From Jimgerdemannia flammicorona (Eukaryota): a stretch of 33,392 bases of DNA. A program made the position numbers and the translations under genes. The notes under the pieces were generated by a model. The model saw only the letters and a list, made by a program, of their open reading frames with translations. It was not told the DNA's origin and did no database searches. The DNA is taken from assembly GCA_003990765.1 (NCBI GenBank), contig RBNJ01000313.1, positions 1-33,392 on the forward strand. The letters run 5' to 3'. Shown piece by piece: positions 24,826 to 33,392 of this stretch; the stretch's first letter is position 1, and each line of letters starts with the position of its first letter.

Positions 24826-25253
24826 AACCCAAATACTCTGGTACCTGTCAGTCTATACTATATATTACTCCTCTCAAATATTAAGTGTTCTTATATTTAT
24901 TATAAACAAAATCAAGAACTCAGCAAGACAAGACAAAAGAATACTAACTTTCTAGAAAAATAGCAAAACTGAAAGCCAGTCTATTCTCTCTATACTACTG
25001 GTGGGAAATGAGGTATAAATATTTAAGAAGATTCCTTAGAGGAAATTCTCCAGCTATGAATAATGTCAGAATCACTTCTGGTATATAGCATTAAATATAT
25101 AACCCTTTAATATATAAATCCAATATATTAGGCAACTGTACTATAAGCATGCTACTTTCTGAGAAAAATAAATATTATCAGACTTTTAACTATCCAAATA
25201 GTATAACAATACTAGACCAAAAATAAAAGACCTTGACAAGGATATTGAAAGCT

Positions 25254-25266
25254 AAGAAGGAAAGAG
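25254..25266 (+). other. B polypurine tract
   Basis: AAGAAGGAAAGAG immediately before TATAAG. Confidence 0.8.
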
Positions 25267-25267
25267 T

Positions 25268-26699
25268 TATAAGTGCACAATCTCTAAGCCACCAAAATTG
25301 CACATCACCCTCTGAACAAATCTGGAAATCTCATATAAGATTATGAAGCTGAGTCAAACTAAAGTTACAGATCATGAAGCTGAGTTAACTTGAAGTCATA
25401 GAATACAAGATTTATACAAACAGAATCTTACCAATAAAGACTGAATATATATATACTGAGCACCCAGATGTATGTATCAAAACAGAGAACTATAACAAAC
25501 TAAATAAATAACAATAACTCTTGAATATATGTATATACAACTATGACTACCAAGATCTACAACTATATCTGTACTAATATTTGAAATACTATTATCAACT
25601 GAGCCACATCTCCCCTACCCCTTATGAATATCTATAGTCTAGTATCTCTCTACTTTATAGAAGCTCAATAGAATGCCCTAAACATGCTCAGTAAAACTCA
25701 CTGAATCAGACAAATCTCAAGCTACTACCAGATCAACCACCTCCTGGAATATATAGTTGAACATCACTATGATACAGATATTACCCAAATGTCTCAATAC
25801 CAGAAACTCATTACCTACAAATATCAAGAACTCTTTTATAAGTATAGCACCTTTATTCTCTATCTCTGAGTTACTATCATAGAAATGGTTACTACTCTAT
25901 CTTATAGCCAAATTAACAATATGGTATAAGAACTCAACTATAAGTATATTGAGTATATCCAGACCACAGACAGAACTTTCTTATACCCTGATGACTATAT
26001 CCTACAAATGCTCTAAGTTAGATATACTATGGAGAATATCTATGATATAATCCAGTTTGATAATGATAAAGCAGAAGATAACAATCCATCCAATATCAAT
26101 ATGATCTTTAGTTAAGGATTCCTGCTAGCCCTGATTACTCTGCCAATCTTGCCAATAAACTTACAATAGTTCATAACCACCTACAAGACCTATTGAGATA
26201 ATGATCACTAGTATAAGTACTAACCTGCATTTATATCTGACTCTTTAACTACAATGAAGAGATCAGAGGACACAATCTGTATCTCTAGACAACCCTTGAA
26301 ATTGAACCAACAACTCTACTACCCAAGTATGAGTAATATAAAGAATAGCTATCAGCTTACTACAACCCAGCAACATATAGTACTGTAACCTATAAAAGGT
26401 ATATAGACAGTGAATCTGATGAAAGTGAAGATAATGTACCCCTCTTTTGTCCACCAACTCCATACCTAGCATATGAGATAGATAATGCTATCCTATAGGA
26501 TAGTGTCATAGTTCTAATATATTATTATCTGAGTGAACAGAGTGAAGTAATCTAAGAACCACTCTTCTTAGACAACTACTTCATCAGAGATAATATAATT
26601 AATGGTGATATTATTGAAGACTATCCTAATAGTATCTAAATCTATAGATAGCTTAGTAGTCATTAGTATAGTTAGATTAGTTTTATATAATATAACTAC
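25268..26699 (+). repeat. B 3' LTR (cut by the A2 insertion)
   Basis: Follows the PPT; direct repeat of the 5' LTR segments. Confidence 0.88.
25543..26639 (+). pseudogene. LTR(U3)-encoded ORF of family B, 3' LTR copy (~365 codons)
   Basis: MTTKIYNYIC...IEDYPNSI*; needs one 1-bp frame correction near 26243 and reversion of transition-type stops. Confidence 0.65.
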
Positions 26700-29080
26700 T
26701 GTGGTGTTGTTTATGTATAATGAACTTCGACTGCATGGCTCAATGTGTGTCACTTGGTGAAGCGCGCGATGGATGTGAGTGCGTTCGTGACGATTACGGG
26801 TTGATGGTCACATGATCGGGTCGTTCGAAACGTGTGATAATAGCGGGACTTCGATTGTTCAATGATGGTGGCTCAATTGTTTAGTGGATGAGGTCGTTTG
26901 ATTGTTCAATGGCTCAATATCTAGTGGAAAAGGGCGGTGAATAACTTGGCGGTGACGACGGGCTTTAAACAGTTTGTGGCGCAGTAGGTCGGGAAAACGG
27001 AGGTTGACAGCTTGCTCGTCCATCTTGACTTGTTAACTTGAAAGGTTTCCTGGCAGTCATTCGGGTCTTTGGCAGTGGTCTTGTATCCTTTGGCTGGGTA
27101 ACTTGGGTTCCTTGGGTTCTTTAGCTGTATTGCCAGGGTCTTGAATCTCAAATGGCGGTCGAATGTACGGTCTGAATGGCAGTTCAAATGCATGGCGGTC
27201 GGGTAACATTTTCTTTAAACACAAACTGACTGAATTGCAGGCGGTCTGTGGTCTTGAATCCTTTTCGTGGCGGCAAAATTGGCAGGCGGTCCATGGTCTT
27301 GAATCCTTGGCTGGGTAACTTGGGTCTCGAATGGCAGCGGTTGGGTAACATTTTCTTTCCATGGCAAGAGAAAATTCTTTAACTTAAACTTCCGAGCGAT
27401 CCGTTGCTCTAGGTTGTTATCTTGTTCTCAGAATTTATCCAGTCTCTTGGAGGCAGTGTGTTTTCTCTGTAAAACTGTCTGACTGAGGTTTATTCACTCT
27501 AAGAATATGGGTTATTTATACAAGTTTGCTAGCTATGGGGGAGTGGGCGCGCCTAAGGCTAAGGTATACTATATTGTGGTGAACTTATGCTATTGGTTTG
27601 TATGATGTGAGGTGTAGGCTATTGTTTACTATGGATTGGGTTGTAGGAGATAGCAATGCTGGATTTGGACTTGCTGACAAAACGCTGAAAATGGTGGCAC
27701 TGGATAGCAATGCTGAATTCGGATGAGCTGATATGATACAATGATTGTTGCCAGAAACAGTTGTGGAGGGTGGCAATGCTGAATTTGGATCTGCTGACAA
27801 AATGCTGAAAATGGTGGTACTGAGTAGCAATGCTGGAAACGGACTTGCTGACAAAAGCTGGGTTCTCATGGCTGATGGACGGTACTCTAGAGGAAATAGT
27901 ACCCTTCGTCCGTGGTGGGCAAATCTTGCTGGGTTGTGATTTCTTCTTCATCATATCTCTCCTCAAAGGGGGGAAGCGCCGGCCAAGAGGTGAGGGGGTA
28001 GAAAAGTGGCCAGTCATCTTCAACAACATTCTCCAACCCTTGAACAGCTTGGATGTAGACAGAGGACTGGTAGACTCTCTGTTGCTCCTCTTCTTCTTCT
28101 GAAGACTCATCAGTTTCAGTGTCAGAGGGGGTTTCTTCAGGGGCAGGGTCTTGGAGTTCTTGGGCCTTCTCTTCAAAGACAGGAACTTCTTGGGCTTCTT
28201 CTTGATTCAGTTTCCAAATGATGAGGTGTGAATTGTGGCTAACAGAGTGGTGGGTGGTTGGGGTAGCTCCAACAGGTGTCTCTATAGTGATGGGCAGTCC
28301 TTCAAATATCTCCATAAGACTCATTAGGTGACCTTGATGGTTGTCTCGGAGTGGAGTGGTGTGGAAACCTGGCTGAGTAGGTTCAGTTTGTTGGCTTCCT
28401 ATGGCGATGCAGTTGCTGCCAATAGCATTGGCTACTTCAGATTCTATTCAGTCAGCATCTTCAGTTGAAAGGTGGGAGAGGCTGCCAGCTGTTACTCCTT
28501 GCAAGTGTGCTATAGTCCAGGGAATATGGCAGAAGATTTGATGGACATGGAGGGCTCTCTTGATTAGCCGGCTGGTGGTTAACATTTCGGCAATGAGGTC
28601 TTTCTGATCACCTTCTTGAGTCTCATTGCGAAGGTGGTATCTGATTTCATAGTCATGCCAGAGGGTCATTCGTTCAGTAGTGTCTTTGAGCTGTTGGGTC
28701 ATTATATACTGGTAGTTGATGAAGTGTCCAAGGTCCTCAGTATAGAAGTTCAAGTGTTCGGAAGTATCTGGGCACCAGATGGCCTTCTTGATAGCTTCAA
28801 AGATCAGAGTCTTTGGGCCAGGCAAAGGGGTAGAGCGGCGGGAGGTCTGGTTGGATCAGTGAATGGGAGGCATTGTGTGGTGGGTACTTGGTTCTTTGGT
28901 GCCGATCCCTGAGGTGGAGTATGGTTCCTTAAATAACATGGTCTTCATTTTGGCTCAGATTATCTTGCCTTCTTTTGGGATGGTTACCTAATAGGTCAGG
29001 CTGTCTATTTGATTGTCATGCCATTATATCATCTGATCTTAGCAGTCACCGGTACTCTGTTTTCAATTGCGTACGTCACA
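26700..29080 (-). repeat. A2 3' LTR (~2.4 kb)
   Basis: TGTGACGT...ACACCACA on the minus strand, preceded by PPT AAGGGGCAGA (29081-29090). Confidence 0.87.
27887..28873 (-). pseudogene. LTR(U3)-encoded ORF of family A, A2 copy (987 bp, two internal TGA)
   Basis: Single frame; TGA at codon 6 and at 28450-28448, where A1 has CAA and TGG. Confidence 0.87.
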
Positions 29081-29405
29081 TCTGCCCCTTGCAAAATTAG
29101 AGCCATCCTCGGTGGTAAGGGTTACACAGAGTTGGGTGGTCTTAACTCCAGGGATGAGCAGAATGCTGGCACATTTGTGAGGACTGACCATCCTTGTCTA
29201 GGGCAAGGGCTCTCATAGTCATAGCTGGGGGTTTGAACCCATCAGAAATAGTATTACTTGTAATCCGAGGCAATTTCTTAGTAACAATGTCTATCACGTG
29301 GATGAGCTTGAGTCTGGTTCCAACATTGTTGGCTTTCTTGAGTTCCGAGTGAAACGTCCATCATATCTCCAGCAGAGATGACACAGATAGAGTGAACAGG
29401 ATTGT

Positions 29406-30626
29406 TCAAATGCGTTTTACTTCTCTTGAGTAGTAGAGTCTTATATGGTTGCGATGTATCTTGGTCTTGAGTATAACTCCATCCAAGGTCTTGAGTTGAT
29501 AAGTGTGGTTCGAGAATACTTGATGTATGAGATAGGGGCCTTCCCATTTTGGTTCAAGCTTGGCACTCCAATTTCCTTCTATGATGGTACAGTACACCAG
29601 AACCTTTTGTCCAATGAGCAGGGGTTCAAGGTCGGCTTTGTGGTCGTAGTACCTCTTTTGTCATTCTTGTGCCTTGGCGATAAATCCTCGTGCTTGCTGG
29701 CATACGTCGTGTAACCAGGTGATCTCTTCTGTGACTCGCTTTGACAGATCTAGCTGGACTGGTTCAGTAGGATCTTGTGCTTCTTGGCCATACACTAAAT
29801 AGAAGGGGGTCCATTGGGTAGCAGTTGCCTTAGAGGTACGGATGCTGAACAGAATTGCCAGTAGATAGATATCCCAGTTTAGTTGATCTCTGGTTCTACT
29901 GAGACCTCGCTTGATGGTCTGGTTCATTCATTCAGTGAGTCCATTTGCCTGTGGGTGGTAGGCTGTTGTTGGTCATAACTTGATCTTGAAGTTGCTTGCA
30001 AAGGTCTTCATGGCTTGGTTGATGAATTCTCGGCCTTGGTCTGTAATGATTTCCTTGGGCACACCATGGTGGCTGAAAATTTCATCATACAGGATCCCAA
30101 TAATTGTCTGGGCATTGGCAGTCTCGATGACAAAGGCTTCAGGCCATTTTGTCAAGTAGTCTTCAATAGTGAGGATGTAGTATCTTTCTCGGCTGGTTAC
30201 TGGTAGGGGTCCAATAATGTCTATTTCCAGTCTTTGAAAGGCTCTAGCTGGTGCTGCGATCGGTATTAATGGTGCTCTATCAGTAGGCTTTTGTCGGTAT
30301 CTTTGGCAGGTATCACATTGTTGAATATGGGTTGAAATTTGTTTTCTCATCTTGGGCCACCAGTATTGCTTCTTGATTCTTGCGATTGTGGCACCAATTC
30401 CTCAGTGTGCATTTTGGTCATAATTTGTTGTCAGGATCTTCAATATTTCTTCTTCTCTTGGAACTCAGGTGTATTGCTCTCCTTCTACTCTCCAAAGTTC
30501 ACCATCGCCTTCTTGGAATTTCTTGAAATTTCTTTGGATAAATAACTTGTGAGCTGGTTGGATTCCTTTCTTGAAGCTTCTATGGTGTAGACTCCAGGTG
30601 AGGGCGAGGCGCAATTCTTGGTTCAT
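29406..30626 (-). pseudogene. A2 integrase ORF
   Basis: Same motifs and same 1221-bp length as in A1. Confidence 0.92.
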
Positions 30627-32060
30627 TTGGGTGAGCGGAAAGCAGCCTTCTCTCATGGGGGCTCCTTCCCTTCTTGTTGGTTTCGCAGGATTCTTGACAG
30701 GGTATTGATGTTGGAATTCTTAGTACCTTTCTTGTAGACAATAGTGAACTGATATTCTTGCAGAGACATGATCCATCTAGCGAAGATTCCTGAGGGCTCC
30801 GGCTTGTTGAACAATCATTGAAGAGCTTGATGGTCAGTGATGAGGGCGAATCTCTTTCCCAAGAGATAGTGTTGGAAGTGGTCCACAGCCCAAACTACTG
30901 CTAGGCAATCCAACTTAGTGGCTCCATAGTTTGCTTGTGTTTCATTTGTGGCCTTGCTAGCATATTCGATAACATGCTCTCTCTTCTGGTCATCTTGCTG
31001 AGACAGAATTGATCCAAGTCCTAAGGCTGAGGCATCAGTTGCCAGGATGAACGGTTTGCCAAAGTCTGGTCACACCAGGACAGGGGCTTCGGTAAGGGCC
31101 TTCTTGAGTAGGTCAAATAACTTTTGTTATTCTTCTTTCCAGTAGAATGGTTGGTCCTTCTTGGAGATATCTCGGAGAGGTGCTGCCTTATCTGAAAACC
31201 TTGGGATGAATCGTTGATAATAGGATGCTAGTATAAGGAAGGATAGGGTCTCCTTTGCTGAGATCAGGGTTGGGTAATTCTTGACTTTCTCCACCTTGCA
31301 GGGGTCGGCATGTGTTCCTTGAGCTGAGACAACATATCCCAGATATTCGACTTGATGTTTTCCAAAGAAGCACTTCTTGGCATTGAGTCTGAGTCCTGAA
31401 TTTCGAATGGTATTGAATACTTCGTGGAGGTCTTGCAAATGCTGCTTGATTGTCTCAGAGTAGATGATTACATCATCTATGTACACTAGTATATTTCTTC
31501 CAATGAGGTCCCGGTAGACATAGTTCATCATTCATTGGAATGAGGCAGGTGCATTGCAGAGTTCAAAGGGCATTTGTAGGTATTCATACTGTCCTCGTCT
31601 GGTGATGAAGGCCGTCTTGCAGATATCTTCTTTGGCAATGGATATTACTTGGAATCCTTGGAACTGGTCGGTAGTGGTCATGTATTTGGCTTTTCCGAGG
31701 GCATTGATGAGGTCATCAATTCTTGGCAGTGGGTAGGCATCTTCTGTGGTGACTTTGTTGAGTTTTCTGAAATCCACGACTAATCTCCATCCTCCTTTCT
31801 TTGGTACTATGATTGCTGGTGAGGCCCAGGGGCTTGATGATGGTCTGATGACTCCATTTCGTAGCATTTTGTCTATGTGTTGTTGTTCGAATTCAATCAG
31901 ATGATGTGGTGTTCGGTAGGGTCATTGTCAGATTGGTCTTGCATCTCCAGTATGTATAGGGTGTTCTCCGTATTGATATGGTGGGAAGTTATTGTATGTG
32001 GTGGTAAATATATCTTTGTACTCCTCTATCAACTCCTGTATTTGTTGTTGCTGGTCCTTG
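30623..32060 (-). pseudogene. A2 RT + RNase H
   Basis: PYRTP, SPWASP, YIDD and TDAS motifs. Confidence 0.95.
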
Positions 32061-32196
32061 GTTAGAGTTGTCTCGATGTCAATGGCTTTGATTGCTGAAT
32101 TTGCTGAGTCTTCCTCCCTGGTACCGTCAGTCTCACCGGAGAGGGCTTGCCATTTCCCAAGAATTCGAAGACTTCTTCCTCATAGGTGTCTATCAG

Positions 32197-32439
32197 TGGT
32201 TCGAAATATCCCAGTGTTGTTCCCTTGGGGATAGTTATCACTTCAAAGCCTGAGTTTCTGATAGGGATGTGGATTGGTGACATCTGGTCATGAATTCGTT
32301 CTTCAGCCAAGAGGATGTGGTATTCCTTTTGAAGCTCCAGTGATGGTGCAAATATCAAGTTGTTTGTTTCTACTGGTAGGTGCACATCTAGGCCTTTTTG
32401 CTGGTAGGGCTGCAGGAGGATGTCTTCTCTTGCTCGGAT
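32197..32439 (-). other. A2 degenerate dUTPase-like domain
   Basis: IRAREDILLQP...IPIRNSGFEVITIPKGTTLGYF keeps the dUTPase strand pattern but has no catalytic motifs. Confidence 0.55.
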
Positions 32440-32523
32440 TAGGCAGCAGATATGGGGTCTCATTTGTCGGAATTGAGCAACTGTTGCCAAATGAACCTCG
32501 ATAGGTGGTGTCCGTAGATTTCT

Positions 32524-32934
32524 ATTGGTGCTTCCAAAGCCTCCTTGTCCTCTGTTGGTATCTTCTAGTTAGTCTACCTCTTGGATGGTCGACTGTGATG
32601 TCTTGATAAACAGAATTTGGCAGATGGCTTCCATAGGACTGAAGAATCAGCTAGTTCTACTAGAATTGCAGATGATGACCTTCAAGAGACCTCAGTAGTC
32701 CTGATCGATGACTCCTCCTTCTACTGTGACTCCTTTGGTTGCCAATGAGGATCTTGAGGCCAATTGTCCATAATGCCCAGGTGGTATAGCAAGTGCAATC
32801 TGTAGGTCAAAAGTCCTGGTACTTCTGGGTCGGATTCTTGCTTGGTAGGGGAGGCAGAGGTCATAACCAACTGATCCTTCTGTTTGTGCAAGAGGTGGCT
32901 ATGCCCAGGGTGAAAGCAGCTTGATCTGGATAAT
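32524..32934 (-). pseudogene. dut: A2 dUTPase domain
   Basis: SVGYDL, GQLASRSSLA, GGVIDQDY*G, AICQI and RGQGGFGST: all five motifs are present; four stops hide it from the ORF track. Confidence 0.95.
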
Positions 32935-33089
32935 TGGTTGAGCTTTGAGAAATGGTGCTTCAGCTGTTGCCATTGTAGGTGAGAAGTCTATGCGCTCCAG
33001 TTTGAAGAAAGGCCAGTGAGCTCCTGTCTTTGAGTTTCTTATGTAATTGAATCCAGTCTTTCCTAGAGGGTCCAGAGCTTCCATAAGGA

Positions 33090-33390
33090 TGAAGGCAAGA
33101 TTGATACCTTTGTTTCCTTGATGAGGGTGGCAGTACCGGCGAATGATGGCAAGAACTTCCAATGGTAGGTCCCAGATAGAGGTCTTGCTCTTGAACTTGC
33201 AGTCTCCTTTATGGTTGATTTCTTTGCACTTCCGACAGGCCCAGCGAATTTGAGGTTCTTGCAGGGTGGGATCCTTTCTCTTGACTCGGCTCTTGTAGAC
33301 ATCTTCGCTAAGGTGAACATCTCGATGTTCACACCAGTAGCAGGTAAAGGTTTTTCCACAATCACAATGTCCCTTCTTGACAAAGTCTTC
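33090..33390 (-). other. A2 polyprotein Cys/His cluster followed by an F-box-like motif
   Basis: HCDC...CYWCEHRDVH...CRKCKEINHKGDC, then SIWDLPLEVLAIIRRYC; in frame with the dUTPase. Confidence 0.55.
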
Positions 33391-33392
33391 AT

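Larger units (their letters stand above)
5142..26699 (+). mobile_element. Ty3/Gypsy chromovirus family B, heavily mutated, interrupted by two LINEs and cut at both ends by family A insertions
   Basis: Direct-repeat LTRs, PBS, gag CCHC, dUTPase, PR, RT, RH, IN, chromodomain and PPT are all recognisable in order. Confidence 0.92.
26700..33392 (-). mobile_element. Ty3/Gypsy family A, copy A2 (inverted; runs off the right edge)
   Basis: Reverse-complement homology to A1, plus ~1.5 kb of extra upstream polyprotein. Confidence 0.95.

Noticed and set aside
25342..25402. ~30-bp tandem duplication (ATGAAGCTGAGT) at the start of the B LTR
   Set aside because: Real but an ordinary U3 duplication.
33063..33392. 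109-aa ORF MKTLSRRD...
   Set aside because: Alternative frame; the polyprotein frame is the one continuous with the dUTPase.

Overview
This is a eukaryotic (most likely fungal) heterochromatin-type nest of decayed retrotransposons with no host genes. (1) An old Ty3/Gypsy chromovirus, 'B' (5142-26699, +): ~2 kb LTRs, then gag-CCHC, dUTPase, protease, RT, RNaseH, integrase and chromodomain. (2) Two full-length L1/Tx1-like LINEs inserted into B, each with a TSD and poly(A) tail (6105-12011 in the 5' LTR; 16184-22008 in pol). (3) Two younger copies of a second, non-chromo Ty3/Gypsy family 'A' in inverted orientation, one inserted in each LTR of B (1-5141 +; 26700-33392 -). All reading frames are broken, mostly by C>T/G>A transitions. 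Main observation: both LTR families carry a ~330-365 codon ORF entirely inside the U3 of their long LTRs, and the two reconstructed proteins appear homologous although the elements belong to different lineages. Family A also carries a Cys/His cluster, an F-box-like motif, a dUTPase and a dUTPase-like domain ahead of RT, and its integrase is in a separate ORF joined to RNaseH by an ATGA stop/start overlap. All translations and alignments were done by eye; no searches were run.
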